From: Callorhinchus milii
Lineage: Eukaryota
Direction: 5' to 3'
Assembly: GCF_018977255.1 (NCBI RefSeq)
Contig: NW_024704743.1
Location: 87,050,001 to 87,114,000, forward strand
Length of the DNA stretch: 64,000 nt
The stretch's first letter is position 1. Each line of letters begins with the position of its first letter. Below the pieces are notes generated by a model. That model saw nothing but the letters and a program-made list of their open reading frames with translations, did no database searches and was not told the origin of the DNA. Positions 13,156-25,811 of this stretch are shown piece after piece. The position numbers and the translations under genes were made by a program.

Positions 13156-13285
13156 CACACATACATTGTAGGACAGTGCGTTTATATAACTTCTCCTCGT
13201 TTGTTTGCAGGAACAAGACCTGGGTAATTCCAGACAAAAATATTGGTAGCTCTGCAGCCTCTGAAGTGTAAATTTAGCTGGGAGT

Positions 13286-13400
13286 AATAATAATAATCCT
13301 TGCATTTGATATAGCGCTTTTCACGTCTTCTCGACATCTCAAAGCGCTTCACAGAATATGCTGTAAAGTGAATTGACTGCATATTTGTGGGCGAAACTTG
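13286..13400 (-). mobile_element. Young SINE, 5'-truncated 3' fragment
   Basis: taataataatccttgcatttgatatagcgcttttcacgtc..gtgggcgaaac. Confidence 0.9.
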
Positions 13401-15364
13401 GGCGAGAGTTACTCACTCTCTGACCATCTTCTGCTTTTCTTTTATTCTGTTCCTATTCCTATTTGCTCCATCTCACTATGTAAGGTGTGGAAATCACAGT
13501 TTAGAGATCATAACCATTCTCAAGCCTGTGTCTCTTCTCTGGGTTATAATTTTGTTGTGATTTACATTTGTGCATAAATTAAATATAAACTTATTTTAAT
13601 GATGGTAGGCATGAAATAAGTCCATTAAATGTATATAGCTGTTTTACAGTATTGTTGTCCCTGTCTCTTAAATAAACAGTGTTTGTTTTTCAACATTATT
13701 TTAACATAAATTATTTAACTTTAAAAAAGCTGTTCAGTCACTTCATTGGCCAACCATCTGGAAAGCTCTGAGATGGTTCAGTATGCCTCAGTCAATTATA
13801 CAATTTACATTTTATGTAGTTTCTTTCATGTAGTTGAACATCTTGAACCACTTGATACTGCTAAAATCTTAAATAATATTCAAGTTGCCCTGTGATGATA
13901 CAGTTAGGATGTATTGGTATTTAAAATGTTGTTAGGATTCACTTACAGAATTTGTCCAGATTTCTGTAGGAGTGAGGCAACTGGTCATTATATGTGATTG
14001 ACTGAGTGCGTTAACATTATTATTGGTAAACAAGCCTGAACTCCGCTGTTCAGCTACGAAGATGTGATAAGGCGCTAAATGAAATGCAAGGATTATTATC
14101 TGCCTTTAGCCTCAGTACAAAAATAAAATAATAATGATCCTTGCATTTGATATAACAGTATAACATCTCAAAGCACTTCTCAAAGTGTCTGTAAGGTGAA
14201 GGTGTAGGTAAGACATTATGCACAAAATTGACTGCCAGGTTTACCTTCAAATAAACAGTCACTACATTTCAAGCGCTTTGAGATGTTTTGACATTTTGTG
14301 ATAAAGCGCTCTATCAAATGCAAAGACTATTATTACAGTACTCATCCTTTGCAAATATTTGATCTAAGCAAAATGTTATTTAGTGTTGTCACACTTGTCA
14401 CACGAAGTATCGTTCAGTAACAATTCACAATGAAGAATAGCTCATAAGCATATTGAAACTTGATTTTATAGCTATTTAGCAAGGAATTAGATTAGTAATA
14501 ATTACCAGAAAAATTAGGTTTAAATGCAAATTAATACTGAGGAAAGAGAATAAGAATTGAAGCTGAATTATAGATGAGTAGGTTAACTAGCAGGATTGGT
14601 CTGAAAAGACATCAGCAAAAACAGAGGGACAGATCGGAAAGCTTGTTGCTTGTTATCAAGTGTTGAAAAGCCACATGTTAGGATTTAAACAGCATGGTGA
14701 AGTTTAGTGGTACCCTCCCATGATAAAACGCTAGCTTGCAGAATGAAGCAATTCTACATTGTTAATGTAAGGTTTTATAAGTGAAATATTTGTAGCAATA
14801 CAGGCTAAAAATACCAACGGACTAGAAGCAACTTGCAAAGCTGACAGGACAAAAAAATGCTGTGCTAGGCTAATAATTGTGTGGATGTAACATGCTCAAA
14901 TGCAATAGGAATAGCAAAATCCAATATCTAAATAAAGCACATTTTTAAAAGGTATAAATTGTGGGTCACATTTTGTGAGAATATTTTTATTACTTTCCAA
15001 TAACTTGTTTTTATTGAAATACAATTAAGTCTATTGTTAATCATTCTCATCAACATAATGCTCTTAGAAACCTCAACTTGTGAGGTTGTATTAACGAATA
15101 ATGGAAATAATGAAGCAAAGTACTATATTAATTGTCTGTACTTCACACAAATATAAAAAGTTGAGTATCTTCTTGAAAAAAGTGTTAGATAAATCAATAG
15201 GTCAATGACTCTGGACTTGCATAGAATTACATAAAACGTTACAGCAGTGGGCCATTTGGCCCAACTTGTCTCTTCCTTGTTTATATAAAGGAGCGCTTAT
15301 TCCACTCCACTCACAAGGAAATTATTTTTTTATGTGTAGTTGACATTACACATGTTAAACTCCT

Positions 15365-15433
15365 TCTGGTTTGGAATCTCTTAAGCATGGTGATGGATTT
15401 CCACATGTGTCAGAACAAGATACCCAGCTGACC
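15365..15433 (+). mobile_element. Family X terminal fragment
   Basis: ggtttggaatctcttaagcatggtgatggatttccacatgtgtcag..cccagctgacc is the reverse complement of 30107-30168. Confidence 0.75.
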
Positions 15434-15761
15434 GAACAAAATGCACCATTACCGCTTCACTGTGCTGAGCTATTCCTGGACAGGTTGTAAAAGCAGCAAC
15501 TGCACTAACATTGTGCCAGGAAATCTCTATTAACTTTCTCTGTTATAAACCGACAATCTAGCTAAGAGGTCAAGGAACAATACTTCCTGTCTATCTTTTT
15601 AGTTACATGCTTTGACATAATTTTCTACTACTGACTTCTAGAGTGCAGAAAATTCTAAGCAAGCCCTCCCTATAATTTGATTGCAGGGAAAAGCTCCTCC
15701 AACGTCTTATTTGGTCAAGCTGCTACGCTTTTTGAAATTGAGTCTTACAACTTATTTGATT

Positions 15762-16115
15762 TCCAGACTATGCTAAGATAGCTCTCAGCCAGGGTGGCAT
15801 GAGGAACATCACATTTGCCACAGGAACGGGCGTCATGCTTCTCATCACAGTTCACTGATTCCTGCTAGAGAGTTCACATGCAATGGATGCTAGTTTAGGA
15901 TAGAATCAGACTTTATTGAATAGCTTGTTCAAGCCCTCTGAGATGCTACCCTGCATGGAGGGTGTTATATAAATGCAAGTTGTTGTTGTTGACACTCACT
16001 GTCCATGCTCACACATAAAGTGGGGTCTTCTGGACCATATATCAAAGGGCAGTCAGCGTTTGTAGAACCTCATCCTACATGATCGCTCAAAAGAGGAGGG
16101 AAGAAAGTTGGAGGA
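15762..16115 (+). mobile_element. AmnSINE2-like SINE interrupted by an L2 type-B tail (15935-15990)
   Basis: gctaagatagctctcagccaggg..gaatagcttg, then an inserted ctctgagatgctaccctgcatggagggtgttatataaatgcaag(ttg)n, then gacactcactgtccatgctcacacat. Confidence 0.65.
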
Positions 16116-16744
16116 CCAGAAAAGAAAATATGGGGAAAATGCACAGCTTTACTAGAGCCAGCGGAACATTTGCCTACAAATATATAATCACTACACAAGA
16201 CAGCATTCACCTGTGAAGCACTTCAAGAAGCTTTGACATTGTAGATGATATATCAAATGCAATGATTCTACTTCTGGTTACACCACTTACAGTACCAGTG
16301 TACATTACAAACAGAAACACCCTCTTCTTGTTCACTGCTACTAAAGCTTCATTTCCTATGTGCAAAAGATATGTCCAGTGCCAAGCTCATTAATCATTGT
16401 AATTGCTCGCACTTCCATTTGATTTCCTGATCCATGTTGGATTTCCTGTCAAGGTGTTTCGCCATTCAATTGTTATTAAAGGAAAAGTCTAATGCACTTA
16501 TAAATGTTGAGAACTAAAAGGTCATTTACCACTGGATACTTGTTTGTACACAAGGGCTTTGGTCAAACATAGCAATGGCAAACTTTGATCGCCAGGCGGT
16601 AGACCCACTGAGATTAACCTTCACAATATGATGTACAAAACATGTTGTTCTTCCTAAAATGTCAGGGAAGGATCTAATTTGAAAGTATTTAGATGTTAAG
16701 CATGAGGGAAAGTCATTTGATTTTTCATCAGAGCTGTCCTGGGA

Positions 16745-16944
16745 AGATAGAACTTTGTTGTAACGTCTCGTCCACCTCAGTTTGTTTGAAGGATGGCACC
16801 ACCAACAATGCAGCACTCCTCAACATTGCATTACCCCATGAGTGCAAGGCTAGGCCAGATGAGTTCAAAGTCCTGACATGGAACTTCAACCTATAAACTT
16901 TTGACTCAGAAGCAAGAGCACAACCAATTGAGTCAGGCTGACAC
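16745..16944 (-). mobile_element. Deu-domain SINE, 5' part
   Basis: aacgtctcgtcc..gatggcacc..caatgcagcactcc..tgactcagaagcaagag..tgagtcaggctgacac. Confidence 0.75.
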
Positions 16945-16949
16945 CCATT

Positions 16950-17675
16950 AGGTTGTAGGTTTGAGGCCCATGTCAGGATCAAAGTATAATAATAATAGTC
17001 CTTGCATTTGATATAGCATCTTATTATGTCTTTGAGATGTCTCAAAGTGCTTCAACGAATATACTGCAAAGTGAATTGACTTTATATTTTGCAGGCGAAA
17101 CACGGCAGCCAATTGCATACAGCAGTGTCCCACAAACAGTCGTGGATTGAGTGATCAATTTTTTTTTAAGGTATTATTACCCCCAGAAAAGCTATCTGCC
17201 AATCGACTAACAATCGGGTCCCTACTTACTGCTAGGTAAACAGAGACGTGTGGAGTAAGGAAACGTGCAGGGAATCAAACCCAGGTCTCTCGCTTGCAAG
17301 GCGCGTACTCTAACCACTGAGCTATAGGATTCCAAAATATACAATTTAGGCTGAAGCTCTAGTTCTGTACCTAGGAAGCATTGCTTTGTTGGAGATATAG
17401 CTATTCAGATGAGATGTTAAATTGAGTTCCCATCTATTCTAATCGTTCCCATGGCACTATTTTGAAAATGAGCATGGAATTATCTTAGTTAATATTCCCT
17501 CCTCATTGAAATGCACACAAAACAGAAGTACATTTGGTGTTGCTGTTTGTGAGGTATTGCTGATGCAGATTAGCTAATGTACTTGCTTATACAACAAAGG
17601 TCACTACACTTCAAAGTAACTCATTGTGTAAACCACTTTGGGAATATTTCAAACTGCTACATCAAATGCAAGCAT
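16950..17675 (+). mobile_element. Deu-domain SINE interrupted by a young SINE
   Basis: aggttgtaggtttgaggccc precedes the insertion; taggctga..cagatgagatgttaaa..cccatggcactatt follows it. Confidence 0.65.
16987..17333 (-). mobile_element. Young tRNA-derived SINE, long form
   Basis: Contains the extra segment cctacttactgctaggtaaacagag that is absent from short copies. Confidence 0.92.
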
Positions 17676-18027
17676 AATTTATACTTTGTGGCAGGCTAAT
17701 GAATGGTGAAGCCAGGCTCATTAAAGTCTGTCTATGGCTCCGATAGCATAATATACCTCTCGTCAGTGCCAGTTAAACTAACTAGTGCCAATTCAATGTC
17801 AGTTCATGGCAATTGTGCCTTTGTTCTAGCAGGTAGTGGTGTGAAGCACCACCTGGGAGACCAAAGTTAGACCTTGTTCTCGATTAAGAAACAGTATGCG
17901 GATCTCCACGATAATCTTTAATCAGGCCCCAGAGAGCATCAAGTTCACACTTCTTTGCCAAATATTGGCTTAAGATTGATTTTAAAAGTAAAATTACAAG
18001 TTAGAAAGACTTTACTGTTTGGTCAGT

Positions 18028-18886
18028 CAGGTGTATGGCACATGCGGAAACCTATCAATGTGCTTTGGACTATTCAAACTAAATTATTAACAATTCCAAT
18101 TATGTATGGACATTTCTGTTTGTGTAATATGGATTATGCACTGTACTGAAGAGTTTAGGTGCAGATTGACAAGAACCAAGGCTTGGGAATCATACATGTG
18201 GTGGGCTCCTGCTACAACAACAACAACAAGATTCCATTTATAGAGCGCCTTTCACGTCGGGAGGACGTCCCAAGGCGCTGTACAGCTGGGTCAGGACCTG
18301 AGCAAGGGGAAAATGGTCAGAGTGAAGGGAGGGAGCGAGGAGGGGATAGAGAGTTGAGAGGGGAGCTGAAGGCACGGTCAAAGAGAAAGGTCTTGAGACC
18401 GGCCTTGAAGGAGGAAAGGGAGGAGGCAAGGCAAAGGCACTGGGGGATAGTTCCAGAGCCTGGGGGCTAAGAGGCTGAAGGCCCGGCCACCGATAGTAGG
18501 GCGGTTGGGGCGGGGGATGTGGAGCAGACCAGAGCCAGAGGAATGAAGGGTACGGCAAGTAAGTAGGGGATAGTAGGGGGATAGTAGGTCAGATAGGTTT
18601 AACCAGTTAAACCTCGTAGCTTGTTATTGGGAACTCTGACTGGTAAGCTTCTCATTGCTTGTCAAGCTAGCAACAAACTATCCACATGGTCTTGGCATGC
18701 AAAGTTAATATGAGCAGAGGAGGAAGAATGCCCACAATGACGACTCTGCCCGTTGAAGTCCTGCTGATGAGCAGGCTGGCTGATGGTGCCTGGCTTAGAA
18801 ATCGGATGACTGAGACTACCACAGAGGCTCGATTTGATTCCAATTTTCCAATGCTATTCATATTACCTCAGAGCCATCTGAGCCCC
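18028..18886 (-). mobile_element. Family X copy interrupted by an L2 insertion
   Basis: cacatgcggaaacc at about 18040; after the L2, tttaaccagttaaac..gtcctgctgatgag..gctcgatt..gagcc is collinear with 50370-50695. Confidence 0.7.
18214..18590 (-). mobile_element. L2 LINE 3' fragment with type-A tail
   Basis: (aac)n tail, gcgcctttcacgtcgggaggacgtcccaaggcgc stem-loop, gttccagagcc..aaggcccggccaccgatagt. Confidence 0.92.
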
Positions 18887-19225
18887 AAAGAGAGCCTGCT
18901 TACCTCTCCCATGGAAGAAACATTAAAAAGACCAGTGGTTCAGAATCAAAATCTTGTGCCCACAATAAATTTGCAAACAAAATTACTGCTACATTTTAAA
19001 AAACATTGCTGCCAGAGAAACCTGAGGGAGAAAACATTTTCTTGAAGTTAGGGGGTATTCGCAGTCTCAAATTGATCACTAAGGGCAGATTGTAAGGGTA
19101 CATTTTTAACCCCAATTTTTGGACCATCCATTAATTAATACCATTGATAGTTAAGTAATAGAATGAAATGAGGAACAGCATAAATTCCATCCTCAGGGAG
19201 CAGCCCTGGTAGTGTAGATGAAGTA

Positions 19226-19284
19226 CTCTGAGATGTTACCATGTCTGAAGGACACTATATAAATGCAAGTTGTTTTTGTTGTTG
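19226..19284 (+). mobile_element. Isolated L2 type-B tail
   Basis: ctctgagatgttaccatgtctgaaggacactatataaatgcaagttgtt matches 15935-15990 and 42300-42345. Confidence 0.7.
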
Positions 19285-19309
19285 TAGTGGATAGAGTTGT
19301 AGCTTATGG

Positions 19310-19620
19310 ACCGGGAGCTCACTGATCCATACTGAGTTTGTTGGTCTCAGTCTGGGGAGGTTAAATTGATCTCAGCTTTCCAAAGGTTAGGGAAGGGGAA
19401 ATCAGCAAGGATTCCTGCTCCTGGGCCCTCCACCTCACCTTCTATTGGTTGGGTATATGTGTGGCAGCCAGGTGGGGAGAGGTCAGGTTAGACCATGATG
19501 CCCTCTACATGATGTCAAGTGGCTTGCCAACACTCACTGCTAAGGCTCATCAATGAAAAATGACCACCAGGGCGGGATATGAGAGGATAACCACCACCTG
19601 CAGACCTGCACACTAGTGAG
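19310..19620 (+). mobile_element. AmnSINE2-like SINE
   Basis: ctgagtttgttggtctcag..ttagggaaggggaaatcagcaaggattcctgctcct..ccaacactcactgctaaggctca..tgaaaaatgaccac. Confidence 0.7.
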
Positions 19621-19914
19621 AGAAGGCCCACGCATAAGCAGACTGGCACGGTATCTGATTGGACATACTAATTTTTTTCAAATATTGCTCGGCTTCTTAA
19701 AGAAATAGGATGGAGTATTTATCAATGTATCATTCTATGCGATAGAATATAAATAAAAAATAATCCTTGCATTTGATTTTATGTTGTATCATGTCGTCAA
19801 AACATTTCAAAACACTACACAAGCTGTAACAAAGAGTGTAGTAACTATGTATTTTGCAGGTGATCAGTGCAAACTAATTGGTTCAGTGCTTGCTCCGGGA
19901 AGATAATATATCTT

Positions 19915-20014
19915 GGTGGAGTGGGATTGATTTGGATCGCTCTTTTCAAAGAGCTGGCACAGTCACAATGGGCTGAATGGCCTCCTTCTGCTCTGTATAA
20001 TTCTATGATTCTAT
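19915..20014 (+). mobile_element. CR1 3'UTR tail
   Basis: gctcttttcaaagagctggcacag..atgggctgaatggcctccttctgctctgtataattctatgattctatga; reverse match to 25812-25915. Confidence 0.88.
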
Positions 20015-21184
20015 GACCTGAGACCAGATAGCAAGTCATTAGCACCAAGTGTGCGAGGATTACCGTTAGAATCAATCCAGCATGCAAAGAGTTACCCTTG
20101 CAGCTTTCACAATAAAGTATTAAAATGAGCTGCATCCATACCTTGACTGAAACATGAAAATCCAGTATTAGCACAGTATTACATTATTTTACTCTTATAA
20201 AATATTTTTATGACAGTGCACCACATTAAAAGAGGTTAAAACAACATTTAAGCAAACATGGAAAGAAATACTGAATCAGCTGCCACTTTAATTATTCTTT
20301 TTATCTATATTTTCAATACATATTTGATATAACAAATCCCATCAGCAAGGGCCAGGGTAGTGGATGGGGGGCACAAGATGTTAGTACATTGATAGGTTGT
20401 GCTATAGGCTGGTAAAGAGTTTGAAAATACTGTATATGCTTCCAGGATTTATTACAAGTCACTCCAGTTACATACAGAGCCTCCTACTGGTAACCAGAAG
20501 AATGACACACTGACCACTGGAACTCCATTCTGGAAGCAACTTACGGTTACTACAATGATCAGTTTTTGCAATTCAGAATCATTATTAACAAATCACATCT
20601 TCAACCTCAATATGTGGAGTCTTCTTCAGCCCGATTGCCTGAATAGGAGAACCCAATCTCAGTTGTGATTGTCTGAGCAGAGAGGGGCAAAGTAGAACAA
20701 TACTTTTGCAATACAGGCAGATACCTGAAACAGCTTTCCTCTCTGTCCCTTCACCTCAAACCCGTTTTCCAGTGTTCACTACTGTTATTTTGATAGAGGG
20801 CTGGCTGGTTATAGGCTTTAAGCAACCCCAATTTTTGTACCCAAGGGACCATGGTGTCATGGCACGCACAATGTGGTCAGTCTGGAGGGATAGCTGGCAG
20901 TGTAAATGCAGGAGGTAATCAACTACAACCGAGGTATGGATGCAGGCACTTCAGCCAAAGTTTGATTGCAGTACAACCAGGAATTGCAGAGCTGCCCACC
21001 ATCCTACACCTTAAGTCTCATGCAGCAAAGAATTACCTTTCATTTTCTAACACAATTATAGACATAGGGGTACAACAAACTGAACCTATTACTTAAAGAT
21101 CAAAATAAAGATAGTACTGACTGAACTGACTACCTGAAGATCAACTTTATTGAGAGTTGATCCCCTAAAGATCTTGCTTTTGTG

Positions 21185-21392
21185 TGCCAGGGGTCTGATG
21201 CAAACAGAAACCACGCAACATGGGTAAAAGTATGTCAAGCAGGTGGCCGTTGCACATATGGAATATGCATATGGAGGCACACACCCTTCTTACCTAATTC
21301 TGGAGAGTATTAAGAGCAGGATGGCAAGAGCCAACGTTTGGAGATCCAGAGTGTGTGTTAAAATACTGATGGAGTCTAACCAGCTAAAGCAT
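21185..21392 (-). mobile_element. Family X fragment
   Basis: cctaattctggagagtattaag..tggcaagagccaac..gagtctaaccagctaaagc. Confidence 0.7.
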
Positions 21393-22761
21393 GCGCTTAT
21401 ATAAGAAGTCTCAAAGTGCTTCATGCAGAAGGGTGGGAGATAAGAGGGTAGGAGAGGGGTAAGCAATGTCAAAACAACCATCCGTACGTTTTAATAAAGG
21501 ACAAAGAATTCAGAAAATAAAAGACTAAAAGTATTAATTACAAAATAAAAATGGATTGGGAAATTTGGAAATATCACAAAATCAAATCCTGCAGAGGAAA
21601 TGTTGAAGTTATGAAAGATTGTATATCAGTATATCAGCATAAACTAACTTGGCCTGTTGGTAAGAACCTACTGGCTGACATTCTTTGTACACTTGGCATG
21701 TGAAACATCGTTGGACAATACCAAATGGAATAGGTTTAATATTGACACTGAAAGTAAACAAAATTTAAAGAATTCCATTTAACAGCAGTAGAGATGTCCA
21801 AAAGCAAATCTCAGTAATATCAAAAAGGTCAGACTAAATGCATAGGACTGACAGCTACAAGCAAGGCACCCAAGCTGAATGCATGCGATGCAATGTTCCA
21901 CTTGACTATAGCAGGGCAACAATGGAAGGCCAATGGAGCACAACACACATTGGGAACAACAAGATTGCTTTGGAATCAACACTTCAACACAACAGAAGCA
22001 AACTAACTGCTCTATGCAGCAACCTCTGTACAGAAATCAAATGGCATTTTATGATGCCTCATCACTTTGATATGTCTTCAAGTCTTAAAGCACTTCACAA
22101 GTAATTAGTTCACACCAGCAAGATTCCACAAACAAATCTGATAGATTGTTGCGCAGGCCACTGGGAAAAACTAACTTTTCTTTTCAAATGGCACTTTTAC
22201 TGTCCATTTAAAGTCAAGCTCCCAAAACAGCATCTCTGAAAATTCAGCTCTTCCCCAGCAATGCAGTTGAGTATCAACTTAATAATAACAATAATGTTTA
22301 CATTTGATGTTAACTTTTTACAATGAGAGGACATCGCAAAGCATTTCAATTGTAATGACTGTACCTTTGAACCTGGAGACGATATTGCTATCCATGGAGA
22401 CAGGCTAACAGTGATACCCTGTAAACACAAATTATAAAGACACTGGACTGTCAACAGTATAAACATGCACAAACAAATATCAAAGGTTTGAAATTCCATT
22501 GGCGGAATGTGAAAAGCATTAAGGTGTGCATAACATACAATATAATTTACAAAAGAATTTACACTTATATTAACAGCACCTTTCACATCAGGAGGACATC
22601 CTAACGTGGTGAATAAGAAACATGTAAAGTAATACCACAGCAAATTTGTTCTTTAACACGTTTCTTGTCAGTTTGTTGATCTAGGATGTGGGATTGCCAG
22701 TTTTAAGCCCATATAAGGATGTAAATATTGGCAGAGGAATCACATAGCTCCATGTAATTCC

Positions 22762-22900
22762 CCTGACAGCTAAGTCAGTAAAAGCATTTCTTAATGTAAC
22801 ACTAAGCTATACAAATTGGGAGGTTCAGGTTCAAATTCCAGTCTGGAATGAGTTAGCTGATCTCACTTTGGCCACATTTGGGGTTAGTTCCCTGGGCTAA
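22762..22900 (+). mobile_element. AmnSINE2-like SINE, 5' part
   Basis: ggttcaaattcc B box followed by tgagttagctgatctca..ccctgggcta. Confidence 0.6.
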
Positions 22901-23487
22901 GGATGCTTTAAAATAAATTTCAGAATTAAAATGGAGGGCTATAAAGTTAAATTTACTTGTATGATGATTTTGCTTCCCATGATTTTGAACCTCTATTAGA
23001 CTGAATCAGAAGTGTATGAGTTGAAGTACATTCCCCCTTCCATTGATACAAAAGTATTGGAAATAGCAGCCCCCATATGTGTCAGCTTAAGATTTCCACC
23101 TCCCTACTGGCACATTTGTTTGAAATAGCAATGCTAAGTAAATGGTATTCAGTAAGAAGCGAATGGTAAATGGGACAAGCACAAGAAATATAATCACTGG
23201 AGTCATAAACTGAACATGGACAGTGCAGTGTATTAAATCATTAAAAAATTACAACTTGAAGATATGTGCCTTTAGTGACTAATTCATTTTGGTTTGAGCT
23301 TTTGGCATTGATGTTTCACGATAAGCGCCTGATGAAGAACCATTGACAACAGTGCTTAAATATAAAGGACTTAGTGCTTGATCCTTTTGGTCGTACATCT
23401 TCTCAAAGATCAATCATCTGTGCCACAATTCTCCTCAAAGTTATATCGACATAAACAGGAAAGTCTGGAAATGCACACAGGTCTATT

Positions 23488-23820
23488 GTGGAGTCCTGTA
23501 GCTCAGTGGTTAGAGCACTCGTTTTGCAAGTGAGAGACCTGAGTTCAATTCCAGGCAGGTCAGGGCGAAACCTTGGGCAAGTTTCCTTACTCCACACGCC
23601 TAATAATAATCCCTCCAAAAAAAAAAAAAAAACAATAATTAATTGGTCATTTTCAATCTACGACTGTTTGTGGGACATTGCTGTGCGCAATTGGCTGCCG
23701 CGTTCGCCCACAAATATACAGTCAATTCACTTTACAGTGTGTTCTGTGAAGCGCTTTGGGACGTCTAGAAGACGTGAAAAGCGCTATATCAAATGCAAGG
23801 ATTATTATTATTATTATTAT
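23488..23820 (+). mobile_element. Young tRNA-derived SINE, short form, youngest subfamily
   Basis: Intact head, CpGs retained, long pure (ATT)n tail. Confidence 0.95.
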
Positions 23821-23884
23821 TGGCATCTGAAAGAGAATGCTAGGTTATTGTTAATGGTACCAACCTTTTATTGGGCACCTGGAA

Positions 23885-23950
23885 CATCTTTCTCTTTCAG
23901 GCATTGATCGACCTGATGTATATTTCTCAGCAATTCCTGCTTTTATATTA
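23885..23950 (+). mobile_element. Possible Penelope-associated terminal relic
   Basis: ttctctttcaggcattgatcgacctgatgtatatttctcagcaattcctgctttta resembles a common chondrichthyan Penelope end (from recall only). Confidence 0.35.
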
Positions 23951-23964
23951 CCTGCAGTGTTGAC

Positions 23965-24360
23965 AGTTTTAAAGGTTGTGAGGGAGCTATGACTCTTTAG
24001 CTTAAGAGAAGACATCTCAAGTGGGAACCTTGTAGAAGTGAATGTAATGTTAATGGGATTGAAAAAAATAAACCCAGGTCAAAATTGTAGGATGTACCAA
24101 TAAAGTAGAGCAAGAAGTGATTGGTTTAGAGTGACAATGAGTAATTTCAGGACAAATACCAGGAAGTATTATTTTACCCAGATGGTAATTAACAACCAGA
24201 ACAGTTTACCAGGAAAGGTGGTTGAGCCCAGGATACTGGATATTTAAAAACAGTTCAAAGCAGTGGTGGGAGAATGGTAGGGTGTATATTCTGAAAAGAT
24301 GAGATCAAATGGGCCAAAGGGCTTTCTTCATCCAATCCAGCCCTGTGATCTTGTAATCTT
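23965..24360 (+). mobile_element. CR1 LINE 3' end, degraded
   Basis: ctctttagctta..gagaagacatct; taatttcaggacaaataccaggaagtattattttacccaga matches the antisense copy at 55070-55105. Confidence 0.75.
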
Positions 24361-25334
24361 GGTCTTGTGATATGGTGTTAGAAAGTGGTGGGGTAAACAG
24401 ATCAGGGCGAGATTCTGCAGACTACTGCAGTCCTCCTGTGAAAGCACTGACAGAGCCAATGCACTTCTCCATGGGGAACATATGAACAGAAGCAGCAAAT
24501 TCACCCATTCAATTCTTCAGTACCATTTTATAACACCATGGAAAATCTTTTGATCCCATTTGCCTGTCTTTTCTCGACATCAATTAATACTCTTGCTTCT
24601 TACCTTTCTATCTTGGGATAGAAATGCTCTCACTCCTAAATATTAAAGAACTTAAGTTATTTGCTGTAGTTTCGCTGCAAACAATAGTGGAGAAATATCC
24701 ATTGGAAAATGAATGTATTTGCAAGTTGTCATATAGATTGGTTGCTATTGGGTGGCTCCTTGTTTTTTTTATCAGTGAATAATTCACTCTAGTTATTGAT
24801 CAGTGCTCCACTTTGAGTAAAGAAGCATGGCTCTAGCACTATCACACATTTCATGAGCTGACCCACAGAATGCAAGGTTAAATAGTTCCTTTACATCCTT
24901 GTCAAGAGCATGTTCAACCTATTGGAGCTTTAGTTGATATATTAGTTCAGACAGAAGGCCTCCGATCCATGAAATGATAGAATTATTCTTTGAGGACATG
25001 ATTAGAACATCTGTTCTGAAACATACACTGATAAAAAATGAGCACCATCGCTCTTCATTCCTAGTGCAAAGTATTGGTTTAGAGCCGAGAGCCAGAATGG
25101 ATGGCTTAAAAGAAGTCACTTTCAGGAGGTAAGGGCAAGCTTCAATTTCAATATTTTCTCTTGCATTAGTGAAACAGCTCAAGCAAGAAATCCACAGTGT
25201 CTGACGTTTGATTCAAGGGATGCCACCATCAATCTGAGGCACTTGAAATCTGCCGAGTTGGATACTTCTCTTATCAGTATAGTTATGGGGACTTGGATTT
25301 TTCTATGGTTACAGAATGTTTACAGCACAGAAGA

Positions 25335-25735
25335 GAGCCATTTGGGATTGTGTCTCCCCTGCTACTTGCTGACCCACTAAAACCAATTAGTCTAATTTGG
25401 TTCTTGTTCAATTTACTGATCTTTTCTGGTGTGCATTTAGATTGGGAAGTTCCAGTATAAGTGCTGACGACCATGGTAGGACAATTTTCTGAGGAATGGA
25501 GAATCACTATAATGAGAGCTGGTTACGTTGGGAGTATCCTTTCTGGCGGTGAAGAGGCAGAAGGGTGATTTGATTAAAATGTTTAAAATTATGAAGGAAT
25601 TCCAAAAAATCAGTAGTGAGTGCCTATTTCCTGGTGTTTCCATCATGTTTCAGAAGACATGGCTGTAACATTCAAATGGCAAAACAGGTTAGGACTCAGG
25701 TGAGGATGAATTTCGTCTCACAGAGAATAATAAAA
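25335..25735 (+). mobile_element. CR1 ORF2 C-terminal fragment, degraded
   Basis: aagaggcagaagggtgatttgattaaaatgtttaaaattatgaagg (RxRGDLIxxFKIMK). Confidence 0.65.
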
Positions 25736-25811
25736 TAGGCCCCTAAGGTTACCTCCCTTGCTCAGCATCCAACCCCACTCTGAGACACTGTCCTGCATGA
25801 AAAACACTGTA

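Noticed and set aside
18760..18805. Hammerhead ribozyme core (ctgatgag...gaaa), also at about 50540
   Set aside because: GAAA does not directly close stem II, I could not build stems I and III, and the spacing is not conserved in the second copy.
21838..22000. Possible Gypsy integrase relic (CxxC..W..HI)
   Set aside because: Similarity is too weak to support without a profile search.
23325..23345. cctgatgaag, a Penelope-type hammerhead start
   Set aside because: No downstream stem II plus cgaaac.
23488..23907. Recurring ORFs ending [26 protein letters not shown] as a repeated peptide family
   Set aside because: These are translations of the SINE 3' half; frames and starts differ between copies and there is no sign of coding constraint.
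24938..25128. Open frame of about 64 codons ending at an ag|gtaag donor
   Set aside because: No good acceptor and an unrecognisable peptide; such lengths arise by chance.
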